Of a stretch of DNA of 64,000 nucleotides, positions 31,885 to 41,768 are shown in pieces. The stretch comes from Clostridia bacterium (GTDB lineage: Bacteria > Bacillota > Clostridia > Oscillospirales > Acutalibacteraceae), in the NCBI GenBank assembly GCA_017522225.1, contig JAFWZR010000020.1:15805-79804 (forward strand), in the 5' to 3' direction. Below the pieces are notes generated by a model. It was not told the origin of the DNA, searched no databases, and worked only from the letters and a program-made list of their open reading frames with translations. The position numbers and the translations under genes were made by a program. Position 1 is the stretch's first letter. Each line of letters starts with the position of its first letter.

Positions 31885-32406
31885 TTATAAGTTTTCCAAG
31901 TGCTTGCCGCAATTCGCAAGCTCAAGCTTTGTCCGTGGTTGTCCGTTATCAATGATAAAACGAACTATTGTAACGCCTGTGTTTTCCTGGCAGAAGTTAA
32001 AATCCTCACCGCTTGTGATACCGCAGGCGGCTTTTATAAAATGATTGTTAAAGGTTCCGTGTGCAAAGGCAATAACATTCTCCTTGTCACCGTACTCCGC
32101 ACGGATTTTCTTCACAACACGCTCGGCTCTTTGCTGAACATCGGAAAGTGTTTCGTCACCGTATGTGCCGACCTCGTAAAGCTCGTCAAGAATTGTTATC
32201 GGCGTTCTGCGAAGCTCGGCAAGAGGGGTTGCTGTCTGCACGGCACGGGTAAGAGGACTCGACAGAATTGCATCAAATTTTATGTTCCTTAAACGCAGAG
32301 CGAGCAGCTCCGCCTGCTTTTGTCCCAATTCGGTAAGGTGCGGATTTTCAACATCCTGCCCCACATTCCCCTGTGATTCACCGTGTCTGATTATGTATAA
32401 ATCCAT
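31885..32406 (-). CDS. Histidine phosphatase family protein (phosphoglycerate-mutase-like)
   Basis: 173 aa with an N-terminal RHGES catalytic motif. Confidence 0.8.
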   Translation of the reverse strand: MDLYIIRHGESQGNVGQDVENPHLTELGQKQAELLALRLRNIKFDAILSSPLTRAVQTATPLAELRRTPITILDELYEVGTYGDETLSDVQQRAERVVKKIRAEYGDKENVIAFAHGTFNNHFIKAACGITSGEDFNFCQENTGVTIVRFIIDNGQPRTKLELANCGKHLENL

Positions 32407-32415
32407 ATTGCTACC

Positions 32416-33267
32416 TCATAGAAGCACAAGTGCCATAATTCCCGCAAACGAAAGTGCAAGTGAAACCCATTCGCGTATCTTCGGCTTGTTCGGGGTAAAA
32501 TAGCTGAGCAAGGTTGAAACGATCATAACTCCGCCCGTTATCATCGGATACTGCACTGATGCAGGCAGATATGCGAGTGACAGCAGCAAAAGGAAGTTAG
32601 CCACACGGTTGAGTATGCCGTTGCCCGACATCATAAGCACAGCCTTCCGGCTTAATTTCAGTTTTTCTTTGCGCAGGGCAAAAACAAGAACCGCTCCCGA
32701 CAATACAGCCGTCACAACAGCTGTCCATACGGAATATGCCGCCTCACTCGTCTTCGGCAGATCACTTGCCTGAAAAAATTTTGAAATAACGCCTGAAAGT
32801 CCGTTAAAAACAAAAACGCCTATGTAATAAACTATTCCGCCCTTGCTCTCGCCTTTTTCTACGCTTAAAAATAAGGCGGCAATTACAGCAACAAGGCACA
32901 CAGTCTTGCCGAGGGTGAACTGCTCGTCAAAAAAGAAAACTCCCAGACAGAACGGAAGCACCATACCGCCGAGCATTGAAAAAAGTGAATACAGCGACAG
33001 ATTGATTTTACCCAGTGCCTTCATGCTGCAGAAGTTGAAAGCCATACCGTCAAACGCAGCAAGTGAAGCCATAAATAATGTAAAGGGTGTAAACTCCCAC
33101 TGAAAGCCGTTAACCGCAAGCAGAACAACAAGTCCTGCCACAGCACCGCCGAAAATAAACATCATTGAAGCACAAAGTCCGCTTTTACACTCACGCTCAT
33201 ATTGCTGATTGCAGAAAAACTGCAGACCGAACATCACGACCGCAGCCATAACCATTGCGTAATACAC
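32416..33267 (-). CDS. DMT/EamA-like transporter
   Basis: 283 aa with about 10 TM helices in two similar halves. Confidence 0.6.
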   Translation of the reverse strand: MYYAMVMAAVVMFGLQFFCNQQYERECKSGLCASMMFIFGGAVAGLVVLLAVNGFQWEFTPFTLFMASLAAFDGMAFNFCSMKALGKINLSLYSLFSMLGGMVLPFCLGVFFFDEQFTLGKTVCLVAVIAALFLSVEKGESKGGIVYYIGVFVFNGLSGVISKFFQASDLPKTSEAAYSVWTAVVTAVLSGAVLVFALRKEKLKLSRKAVLMMSGNGILNRVANFLLLLSLAYLPASVQYPMITGGVMIVSTLLSYFTPNKPKIREWVSLALSFAGIMALVLL

Positions 33268-33282
33268 TAAAACACCCCTACA

Positions 33283-34317
33283 CTATCTTTTATAAAAATA
33301 CGGACCTAAATGATCCTCGTGAGTTTTCGCATAAGACCACGAAAAATCGGATGCAGTTATAACAACATCCACAAACTGCTCTAAGAAAACCGCATCAAGC
33401 CTTTCTCCGTTTTCTATTCGGTATGCCAGATCCTCACAGCTACTCAGAATATAACAGCAAGCTTTATCCTGTTCATTGTAAAGTTCATCAGCTTTCTCCT
33501 CTTGAGCTTCTGCATATCCGAAGCTGAAAAGATGCCACAAATATGTATTGTACCGTCTGTTTTTGTAACAGTTATCTTTAATCTCTTTCTTGTTTGCGCC
33601 CTCAGGTGAAAACGCCTCAATCCAATCTCTTTTTAACTTATCTGTTTCTTTTTTCGTCAATTTTTCCGCTTTGATTGAGTTTTCTTCAAAAAGATTTTCA
33701 ATCCACTCTGCAGTCTCTTTTTCAACCTCTATTAAATCCCGTTTTTCTTCAATCTTTTCTTTCAGCTTTTTGTGAATTTCCCAAAAACGCGGAGGCTCCC
33801 ATTCTTTTTTCTCGCATTTTTCTTTCAGAAGCCATGGAAGCTTCTCATATTCAAAGCTGAATTTTATAAAGCCTTCGGGAATTTCAACATAGCTCTCGTC
33901 GGGGTCTTCCTTTTCCCAATCTTCCTCTTTATCCTTAAAGCTGAACCAGAAGCCTCCCACAACCGTGCTCGGTGTGGGTTCGTCTGTCTCAAGACCATTT
34001 GCGATAAAATCTTCAAGAGGTATATCTTCGGTCTGAGGATACTCAATATACCTTCCGCATATTACATATTCACCGTCACAGCATAAGGTTTTCTTCCTTG
34101 AAATTCCGAAATGAACAACATTACAGCAGGCAGGTTCAACACCAAAGGTGTCGAAAAACTCTCTTTCTTCTGCGCTCATTGTTTCGCAGTATTTCTGATA
34201 ATTTCTGTTGCCCTGCGTGTCCAAAACCTTGAAATTACGGTAATATTCTTTTGTCTTTTCAACATCAACCTCAATAATACAGTTTGCGCATTTAACAATT
34301 TTCATCTTATTCATCAC
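33283..34317 (-). CDS. Hypothetical protein with a Cys-rich N-terminus, charged coiled middle and DUF4275-like C-terminus
   Basis: 344 aa. The C-terminal YLWHLFSFGYAEA...SWSYAKTHEDHLGPYFYKR resembles DUF4275 proteins (from memory). Confidence 0.5.
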   Translation of the reverse strand: MMNKMKIVKCANCIIEVDVEKTKEYYRNFKVLDTQGNRNYQKYCETMSAEEREFFDTFGVEPACCNVVHFGISRKKTLCCDGEYVICGRYIEYPQTEDIPLEDFIANGLETDEPTPSTVVGGFWFSFKDKEEDWEKEDPDESYVEIPEGFIKFSFEYEKLPWLLKEKCEKKEWEPPRFWEIHKKLKEKIEEKRDLIEVEKETAEWIENLFEENSIKAEKLTKKETDKLKRDWIEAFSPEGANKKEIKDNCYKNRRYNTYLWHLFSFGYAEAQEEKADELYNEQDKACCYILSSCEDLAYRIENGERLDAVFLEQFVDVVITASDFSWSYAKTHEDHLGPYFYKR

Positions 34318-34489
34318 TCCCGTTGTTTTTTATCTGCCATCGCAACGGATTTTCTTCGATATACCTTGCGCGGTCGTTATAATCCTCGGTGTAAACCATC
34401 GGAATGAAATGCTCTCTCGTTCCGTAAATATCTGTAATTGTCAGCACACAATCGTATAGTGCATTTTTATCCAGAATAAATCTAATCAT
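34307..34489 (-). CDS. Small ORF (60 aa), possible remnant of a COG1943/IS200-like Y1 transposase-like protein
   Basis: Strong RBS (GGAGGGG). The C-terminal YNDRARYIEENPLRWQ resembles the conserved tail of COG1943 proteins, but there is no HUH motif or catalytic Tyr region. It overlaps the next ORF by 11 nt. Confidence 0.35.
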   Translation of the reverse strand: MIRFILDKNALYDCVLTITDIYGTREHFIPMVYTEDYNDRARYIEENPLRWQIKNNGSDE

Positions 34490-34510
34490 TTCATCCCCTC
34501 CGTTTTTATT

Positions 34511-36250
34511 TTACTCCAACACAGGTGTGTCGCAGAATTCAACTTCGGGTGTACCCTTAATTCCGTCGGATTCAAAGATGACGATTTCATTCTCGCCCAA
34601 ATTGAGAAGTGATGCAGGAATATAAAGTGTCTTCTGCGGACCGATTTCCCAATATCTGCCGATGTTAAAGCCGTTGACTGTCACAAATCCCTTTGTGAAG
34701 TTGTCGGTTTTAAGGAAGGTGTCCTTTGCCTCGTCAATTGTGAATCTGCCCTTATAGAAAACGCTCTTTTCTGTCGGATTATCCTGCGAAAAGTCAAGCT
34801 TTTCCAGGTTGTCCATCGGCAAGGGGTAAACATTCCAATGGAAATGGATTCTGTCGTCAAGCAAGCATCTGCCCGCAATACCCTTTTTACGCATCATCTT
34901 TGAGCCGAAGTTCGCTCTGCCCATATTCTCGCAAAGGATTGTGAGCGTATCGCCCTTCTTTGCTGAGAATCTGAGCTTTAGTTCATCATCATTGACATAA
35001 ACAATTCCGACTAAATCTTTATTGATATAAACCTGTGCGCGATCGCCGATTTCTGCAAAGTCAAGCTCGGTGTCGTTATAATTTCTGTGAAGCACGGTCT
35101 GATACGCGATGTAACCGTAGCCTGTGCCGTACATTTCCATACACTTGGGCACCTCGGAAAGAATCGGTGCGGAGAGCTTACCAAGACTGTCAAAGAAGCC
35201 TGTACGCTCGGTAAGTGTCACCTTGCCGTAAGCCTTTTTCTCACGGTTTGCAGGTACCTCGGGTAAAGGCTCGTCAACATATTTTCTGATAACATCACGT
35301 ACCGCGTAATACTTGGCGGTAACATCTCCGCACTCTGTGAGCATCGCATCGTAATCGTAGCTTGTAACATCGGGCAGGAATTTCTCATAATGATTTGCAC
35401 CCGAGGTAAAGCCGAAGTTTGTGCCGCCGATGAACATATACATATTGAGGCTGCCGCGCTTGAGCATATCGTCAACAACCTTTGCATAATCCTCGGCAGA
35501 GGTTGTGTGGTGCTTATCGTCACCCCACGCATCAAACCAGCCGTTCCACATTTCCATACACATTTTCGGCATATCGGGGAAGAGCTTATCGTGTGCAACA
35601 AAGTTTTCCTCTACCCTGCTGCCGAAATTGAGCGTTGCAAGACAGCCGTCAACCGTACCATCAAGCAGATCATCCTCGCTTGTTCCGTCAGAGGTGAAGA
35701 GCGGTACATCAATTCCTCGGCGGATAAAACCGTCACGAAGGTATTCAAGATACTGCTTATCGTCACCGTAGTAGCCGTACTCGTTTTCGCACTGCACCAT
35801 AATGACATTACCGCCGTTTGTTACAAGAAGCGGGCGGATTTCGTCACACATACGGTCAAGATAGCGGTCAAAGTGGCGGATATACGCCTTGTTCATACAA
35901 CGGATTTCAAGGTTTTCGTCAGTCTGCAGCCACCACGGAAGACCGCCGAATTCCCACTCCGAGCAGATGTACGGACCGGGGCGCACGATTGCCATAAGTC
36001 CCTCGTCAGCCGCCGCTTTAAGGAAAGAAGCGATATCGAGATTGCCCGTAAAGTCGTAGACCTCGGGCTGTTTTTCGTGCATATTCCACGCGCAGTAGGT
36101 CTCAACGCAGTTGCAGCCCATTGCACGCATTTTTTTGAAAATATCTGTCCAGGTGTCAGGCATATTGCGGAAGTAATGCACCGCGCCCGAGATGAGCTTT
36201 ATCGGCTTGCCGTCCTTTATAAAATTACCGTTTTTGATTTCAAATGTCAT
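34511..36250 (-). CDS. Beta-galactosidase, glycoside hydrolase family 35
   Basis: 579 aa. Contains GAVHYFR, RPGPYICSEWEFGGLPWWL and the catalytic CENEYG. Confidence 0.9.
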   Translation of the reverse strand: MTFEIKNGNFIKDGKPIKLISGAVHYFRNMPDTWTDIFKKMRAMGCNCVETYCAWNMHEKQPEVYDFTGNLDIASFLKAAADEGLMAIVRPGPYICSEWEFGGLPWWLQTDENLEIRCMNKAYIRHFDRYLDRMCDEIRPLLVTNGGNVIMVQCENEYGYYGDDKQYLEYLRDGFIRRGIDVPLFTSDGTSEDDLLDGTVDGCLATLNFGSRVEENFVAHDKLFPDMPKMCMEMWNGWFDAWGDDKHHTTSAEDYAKVVDDMLKRGSLNMYMFIGGTNFGFTSGANHYEKFLPDVTSYDYDAMLTECGDVTAKYYAVRDVIRKYVDEPLPEVPANREKKAYGKVTLTERTGFFDSLGKLSAPILSEVPKCMEMYGTGYGYIAYQTVLHRNYNDTELDFAEIGDRAQVYINKDLVGIVYVNDDELKLRFSAKKGDTLTILCENMGRANFGSKMMRKKGIAGRCLLDDRIHFHWNVYPLPMDNLEKLDFSQDNPTEKSVFYKGRFTIDEAKDTFLKTDNFTKGFVTVNGFNIGRYWEIGPQKTLYIPASLLNLGENEIVIFESDGIKGTPEVEFCDTPVLE

Positions 36251-36252
36251 AG

Positions 36253-36747
36253 TTATTCTCCTTTATGCCATTTTAACAGGTCTGCAAAATCTCCCGTAAA
36301 AAAGTAACTGTTACCGTTTTTGTTTTCTCCCGAAATTTTCAAACCGAGTCTTTGAAGAATTGAAATCGATTTTTCGTTTTTCTTGTTAGCAAAAGCCTTG
36401 ACAATTTTCAGGTCACACGGTATGTTTTCAAATAAAAAGCCGTACAGATTTCTGAAGATATTTGCCTTGCCGTGATATTCCGAATTCAACTGTATTTCTT
36501 CCATAGCAAGCGTATCTTCGTTCACATAATACTGAAAAAATCCTATTATCTCCGTGCCGTTTTTTATAAGAATTATCTGCCGTTCCTCGCGTTCAAGTCC
36601 GTCACTGACAGCAGAAAACCAACAGTTAAAATCCTCATCGCGGCTGTTCCCCGTTGGTGCGATTTCTGCCATATTATCTGCAAGAATATCAAAAATCTGC
36701 CGTGAGAGTGAGACAAAATCTTTCTTATTCAGATACTCGAAATTCAT
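36253..36747 (-). CDS. GNAT family N-acetyltransferase
   Basis: 164 aa with a GNAT-like size and pattern. A 2-nt gap separates it from the GH35 gene. Confidence 0.6.
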   Translation of the reverse strand: MNFEYLNKKDFVSLSRQIFDILADNMAEIAPTGNSRDEDFNCWFSAVSDGLEREERQIILIKNGTEIIGFFQYYVNEDTLAMEEIQLNSEYHGKANIFRNLYGFLFENIPCDLKIVKAFANKKNEKSISILQRLGLKISGENKNGNSYFFTGDFADLLKWHKGE

Positions 36748-36756
36748 ATTTTCTCC

Positions 36757-37485
36757 TCAGCTGTGCTCAACTATCCAATCGGCTATAATTTCATTGTCCT
36801 CTGAGCCTATCATTCCGTGCGGGTGGTGTCCCCGGCAGCCGACGCGGATTGTTCTGAGTAAATCCGTACCCTCAAACGCATCCTCGAGAAGCTTGCCGTT
36901 TTCCTCATAGATAACAGTTTTATCCTCGGTACCGTAAACCATAATGACGGGGATTTTATTTTCAATCAGTACATCTGCCATATTTATCGGATGCTCGGTA
37001 AAATTCACAAGCTGATAGCGCTTTATTCCCGGATACGCTTTTACAAATTCATTCTCCCACACGCGTTCGCAGTCCTCATTACCGATTTTACCGGGAAAGC
37101 TGTTATAATTGAGCACGGGTGCATCAATAAACACGCAGGAGACAAGCTCGGGATAAAAGCCCGCAAAACGCAGAGCGTGTGCTCCGCCGCAGCTCATTCC
37201 GACAGGCACACACTTACCCGTGACAGAAAATTTTTCTTCGATATATTTTAAAAATCTTACCTTGGTGTCGCAGTCTTCCTTTGTCGCAAAGCGCGAAATG
37301 TTATCAACACCCACAACATAAAATCCGCGTTCAAGCAGCTTTATCTCAACATCAGGAAAAGCATTCCAATATTCAACCTTGATTGCGATTTTTCCGACAG
37401 GCTCAACCTTCGGAAAAACAACCGTTGCATCGTGACCTTCAAATTCAAATTCTTCGCAGTCAAAGCCGTACCAGGTTTCTTTCAT
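36757..37485 (-). CDS. Alpha/beta hydrolase (esterase-like)
   Basis: Nucleophile elbow GMSCG. I prefer the start at 37485 (GAGGTGG RBS, MKETWYGF), because the track's 50-codon N-terminal extension overlaps the divergent MATE promoter region. Confidence 0.7.
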   Translation of the reverse strand: MKETWYGFDCEEFEFEGHDATVVFPKVEPVGKIAIKVEYWNAFPDVEIKLLERGFYVVGVDNISRFATKEDCDTKVRFLKYIEEKFSVTGKCVPVGMSCGGAHALRFAGFYPELVSCVFIDAPVLNYNSFPGKIGNEDCERVWENEFVKAYPGIKRYQLVNFTEHPINMADVLIENKIPVIMVYGTEDKTVIYEENGKLLEDAFEGTDLLRTIRVGCRGHHPHGMIGSEDNEIIADWIVEHS

Positions 37486-37609
37486 CGTAACCACCTCGTT
37501 TTTTTGCATTATATCACGATTATTGCGAAAATGAAAGTTATATATCTTGATAACAGTCATTATTTGTGTTAAAATCTGCGGTGCAATCTTACATCGGAGG
37601 TTTGTACCA

Positions 37610-38989
37610 ATGCTTAAAAAATTTATCGGTGACAAGCGTTTTTACAAGCGCGTTTTTGCACTGATGATTCCCATACTTGTACAAAACGGAATAACCAACT
37701 TTGTCAATATGCTTGACAACCTTATGGTCGGTCAGGTAGGACAGACTGAAATGATTGGTGTTTCCGTTGCCAATCAGCTGATTTTTGTTTTTAACCTTTG
37801 TATTTTCGGCGCAGTTTCGGGCGCAGGTATCTTCGGCGCTCAGTTTGTCGGCAGCGGTGACACAAAGGGTCTGCGCGACACCTTCCGCTTCAAGGTGCTT
37901 TTCTGCACACTGTTAACCGCAGGTGTTATTGCACTTTTCTATTTCGGCGGCGATACGCTGATAAATCTTTACCTCAAGGGTGAAGGCACTGCGGAGGACA
38001 TTGCACAGTCCTTCAGGGCAGGACGCGACTACCTTAATGTTATGCTCATCGGTCTTATCCCCGCTTCACTTGTTCAGTGCTATTCGAGCACTCTGCGCGA
38101 AGAGGGAAAAACAATGCCGCCTATGATTTCGGGTATAGCCTCTGTTCTTGTCAACCTTGTGTTTAACTACATTCTCATCTTCGGTCATTTCGGTGCACCG
38201 AAGCTCGGTGTTGCGGGTGCTGCAATCGCAACCGTAATGTCACGATTCGTCGAGCTTGCAATCGTTGCAATCTGGACTCACAAAAACAAAGATACAAACA
38301 AATTCATCGTCGGCGCATACAAAAGCTTCCGTGTCCCTCTCGGTCTTGTTAAAAAGATTGCGCAGAAGGGTCTGCCTCTTATGCTCAACGAGACGATGTG
38401 GGCGGCAGGTCTTGCTTTCACAAACCAATGCTACTCGGGCGAGGGACTCGCGGTTGTTGCGGCAAACAATATTGTGATGACATTCTTTAATGTGTTCGCG
38501 GTCGCATTCCAGGCAGTCGGTGTTTCAATCGGTATTGTGCTCGGTCAGTTGCTCGGCGCAGGTAAAATCAAGGAAGCCAAGGAGTCCTCTGTCAAGCTCA
38601 TAACCTTCTCGGTTTTTGTCAGTCTTGCGGTTATGCTTCTGTTCTTTATCAGTGCAGAATTTATCCCCGATTTCTACAAGCTTGAGCCCGATGTCAAGAT
38701 ACTCGCAACCAGGATGATGCAGATCTGTGCACTTTCAATTCCCTTTGACGCGATTGCAAACGCATCATATTTTACTCTGCGCTCGGGCGGTCAGGCAATT
38801 ATCACAATCATATTTGACTCGGGCTTTGTATGGGCAACAATGGCACCGCTTGCCTTTGTTCTGTGCAATTTCACGTCGCTCACAATTCTCCCGATTTTTG
38901 CCTGCTGTCAGGCAATGAATATTCTTAAGGCCGCACTCGGACTTTACTTTGTCGGCAAAGAAAAATGGATTAAAAATATCGTTTCTTAA
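37610..38989 (+). CDS. MATE family efflux transporter
   Basis: 459 aa from the ATG at 37610 (GGAGG RBS). 12 TM with a typical MATE N-terminus (ALMIPILVQNGITNFVNMLDNLMVGQ). Confidence 0.88.
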   Translation: MLKKFIGDKRFYKRVFALMIPILVQNGITNFVNMLDNLMVGQVGQTEMIGVSVANQLIFVFNLCIFGAVSGAGIFGAQFVGSGDTKGLRDTFRFKVLFCTLLTAGVIALFYFGGDTLINLYLKGEGTAEDIAQSFRAGRDYLNVMLIGLIPASLVQCYSSTLREEGKTMPPMISGIASVLVNLVFNYILIFGHFGAPKLGVAGAAIATVMSRFVELAIVAIWTHKNKDTNKFIVGAYKSFRVPLGLVKKIAQKGLPLMLNETMWAAGLAFTNQCYSGEGLAVVAANNIVMTFFNVFAVAFQAVGVSIGIVLGQLLGAGKIKEAKESSVKLITFSVFVSLAVMLLFFISAEFIPDFYKLEPDVKILATRMMQICALSIPFDAIANASYFTLRSGGQAIITIIFDSGFVWATMAPLAFVLCNFTSLTILPIFACCQAMNILKAALGLYFVGKEKWIKNIVS

Positions 38990-38998
38990 TCAAAAAAT

Positions 38999-39040
38999 AT
39001 GTCCCAACCCTGAAAACCGGGTTGGGACATTCGTATTTTA
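38999..39040. terminator. Bidirectional terminator
   Basis: ATGTCCCAACCC-loop-GGGTTGGGACAT lying between convergent genes. Confidence 0.8.
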
Positions 39041-40345
39041 TTTTACTGTTATTCTGAAAAGTCTTGCACCGTGGGAGTTAACCTTTGCGGAGAATTCACC
39101 GTCTGTTACGGCATACTCCCCGTGTGACCACATATCCCACACGCTGTATTCAACACCGCCGATTGAAATATCGGTAATATTGAAGCTTATTTCTCTTTCT
39201 TCGTCATCGGTGTTAAAGAGGGCAACATATTTACAGTTTTCACCCGTTGATGTCCAGATGATTTCACCTTTTCCGTCAACCTCTTCACGCTTAAACTGTC
39301 TTGCACCGCTTGATTTCTTGTGCATATCAATAAGGTCTCTGTTCTGAAGAAGTGAAAGCGTAAACTCATCGTTTTCACGCATTTCGCCGCCCATCATAAG
39401 CGGAGAACGAAAAATGCCCCAGAGCGTCATCATTGTTATCTGCTCGTCGTGAGTGAAGCGTGTGTAACGGTTTCTGTACTTTTCAAGCTCTTCTGTAATC
39501 TGAATTCTGCCGAGAGGAAGCATATCGCAGTCAGGCCAGGCACCCGGCTGAACATATTCCTGCCATGCGTAGCAACGCTCAAACATAGCGTGAAGCTTGC
39601 TCCATTCATCCCAGAAATCACCCGTCATTCGCCAGAGGTTTGCGTGAGCGGCAAGGTGCTCGTGCTCACTTACGGGTGCAGGACCGGGAGAAAGGCTGAG
39701 AACCATATCTCTTCCGCACTTGTCAATGGCTTTTCTGAGCATTTCGATTTCTTTTCTTGCAGAATACGGATTGTGCGGGAACATCTCTGTGTTGGCAATA
39801 TCATCGCACTTGATGTAGTCAACACCCCAGGAAGCGTAAAGCTCAAAAATTGAATCGTAATACTCCTGTGCGCCCTTTTTGCTTGTGTCCAGACCGTACA
39901 TATCAGGGTTCCAGGAACAGATTGAGGTCGGGTGTGCAACATCTCTTGCAGTAAGACCCTCGCACTTGATTTTTGTGTTCCGGTGCGCCGCCTGACGCGG
40001 AATTCCTCTCATAATATGAATGCCGAATTTAAGACCGAGTGAGTGTATGTAATCGGCAATATGCTTAAAGCCTTTTCCGTCTGCCGATGAGGGGAAGCGT
40101 TCAACAGAAGGAATAAGACGAGAATATTCGTCCATACAAAGCGGAGCAAAATAATGATAGTAGAAGCTGTTTGCCGTGGGCTCTGACCACTGAATGTCAC
40201 AAACAACATATTCCCAGCCGTAATCCTTAAGATGCTCTGCCATATAATCCGCATTGGCAAGCAGCTGTTCTTCATTGACAGCCGCACCGTAACAGTCCCA
40301 GCTGTTCCATCCCATAGGAGGAGTAAGAGCTAATCTTTTATGCAT
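39038..40345 (-). CDS. Alpha-galactosidase-like glycoside hydrolase family 27
   Basis: 435 aa. Contains PPMGWNSWDCYG and VDYIKCDD (nucleophile region), plus a C-terminal beta domain. Confidence 0.8.
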   Translation of the reverse strand: MHKRLALTPPMGWNSWDCYGAAVNEEQLLANADYMAEHLKDYGWEYVVCDIQWSEPTANSFYYHYFAPLCMDEYSRLIPSVERFPSSADGKGFKHIADYIHSLGLKFGIHIMRGIPRQAAHRNTKIKCEGLTARDVAHPTSICSWNPDMYGLDTSKKGAQEYYDSIFELYASWGVDYIKCDDIANTEMFPHNPYSARKEIEMLRKAIDKCGRDMVLSLSPGPAPVSEHEHLAAHANLWRMTGDFWDEWSKLHAMFERCYAWQEYVQPGAWPDCDMLPLGRIQITEELEKYRNRYTRFTHDEQITMMTLWGIFRSPLMMGGEMRENDEFTLSLLQNRDLIDMHKKSSGARQFKREEVDGKGEIIWTSTGENCKYVALFNTDDEEREISFNITDISIGGVEYSVWDMWSHGEYAVTDGEFSAKVNSHGARLFRITVK

Positions 40346-40363
40346 ATCAATCTACCTCTCTTT

Positions 40364-41767
40364 TTAATATTTAACTGCAAGACCAAAAAGAAGAATTGCA
40401 CTTGTAAGAATCAGGTTAAGTACCTGGAATTTCCAGCTGAATTTAAACCACTTGCTGTAGCTGACATCCGCAAGTCCGAGACTTATCAGCAAGGCGGGGT
40501 TTGTGGGATAAAATACATTTGAAAAACCGTCACCGAAAGCAAAGGCAACAACACAAAGCTGTGCCGAAACACCAAAAATCTGTGCCATCGGAACAATCAG
40601 CGGAATAAGCATAAACGCCTTTGCCGAGCCTGACGGGATAAAGAAATTCATACCGAGAACGATGAGGTAAATAAAGAGAATTACTGCCCAGGTAGGCATA
40701 TTCTGTGCAAGGCCGACCGCACCGTGAAGGATTGTATCGAGCACCTTTGCCTCCTCAAGAGTGTACTTGATTGACGAAGCCATAAGAATCATAATAACTG
40801 CGGGGAAGATGCTTGTTACACCCTGCCACGAGGTTTTTGCAAGAGCCTTACCCTTCATTCCCGAAACAAGTGTAGCTGTTACACCTGCGGCAAGGAACAT
40901 TACGGCAACGATAATCATTGTGTAATCCTGCAATGCGGGGATGAAGCCTGAACAGAGAATCGTCAGAATACCTGCACCGAGAATGGACACAAAGCAGATA
41001 AGTCCCTTATCCATTTTCTTGTCCGTTGTGAATGTGTGAAGGTTATTCTGAGTATCAATCGGCTTTTCAATCTTCTTAGCGTAAAGAGTAAGGAATGTAA
41101 TCAGCAACGCGTATATCAGCACAAAGGCAACTGCACGCAGCCACGCACCGGAAAACATCGGAAGCCCCGCAAGCTGCTGTGCTACACCAACCGTAAACGG
41201 GTTGCAAACGCCCGATGCAAAACCGCAGCCAACAGCAAGAAGGCTCATTCCGACACCCGTAAGGGCATCCCAGCCGAGGTTGATTGCAAGAGCAACAACT
41301 ATCGGCACAAGCGGAACAACCTCTTCAAACGAACCGATCATTGCACCCATTGCCATAAAGAAAAACGATACAACAGCCATAAGCCTGTAACGAACGGCAC
41401 CAAAGCGCTTTACCATACGGTCAAGCATATATTTCATAAGTCCCGACTTGTCGAGTGCATTGAAGATACCGCCGATAACAAGCAGAAAAACGATAACAGC
41501 AATCAGCGTACCGCTGCCCGAAGCACCGAGAACAAGTATCGGGGACAATGCCCATTTCCACAAGGGAATACCGCCCTCGACATTATAGTAGCCACCGTTA
41601 ACATCAATAAGTAAATTATCGTTTGCATCCTTAAAACGGACATATTCGCCGCCGGGGATGACAAGTGTTAAAATGTACGATGCAACCATAAGAACAAAAA
41701 TAACAACGATTGCCGTTATAAAGGACTTGACGCTGACATTAAGTCCTTTTTCCTGTTTCTTGTCCAT
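40364..41767 (-). CDS. YfcC family (DcuC-like) membrane transporter
   Basis: 467 aa and polytopic. The pattern, and the pairing with an M20 peptidase gene 1 nt upstream, are typical of YfcC-type carriers. Confidence 0.7.
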   Translation of the reverse strand: MDKKQEKGLNVSVKSFITAIVVIFVLMVASYILTLVIPGGEYVRFKDANDNLLIDVNGGYYNVEGGIPLWKWALSPILVLGASGSGTLIAVIVFLLVIGGIFNALDKSGLMKYMLDRMVKRFGAVRYRLMAVVSFFFMAMGAMIGSFEEVVPLVPIVVALAINLGWDALTGVGMSLLAVGCGFASGVCNPFTVGVAQQLAGLPMFSGAWLRAVAFVLIYALLITFLTLYAKKIEKPIDTQNNLHTFTTDKKMDKGLICFVSILGAGILTILCSGFIPALQDYTMIIVAVMFLAAGVTATLVSGMKGKALAKTSWQGVTSIFPAVIMILMASSIKYTLEEAKVLDTILHGAVGLAQNMPTWAVILFIYLIVLGMNFFIPSGSAKAFMLIPLIVPMAQIFGVSAQLCVVAFAFGDGFSNVFYPTNPALLISLGLADVSYSKWFKFSWKFQVLNLILTSAILLFGLAVKY

Positions 41768-41768
41768 A

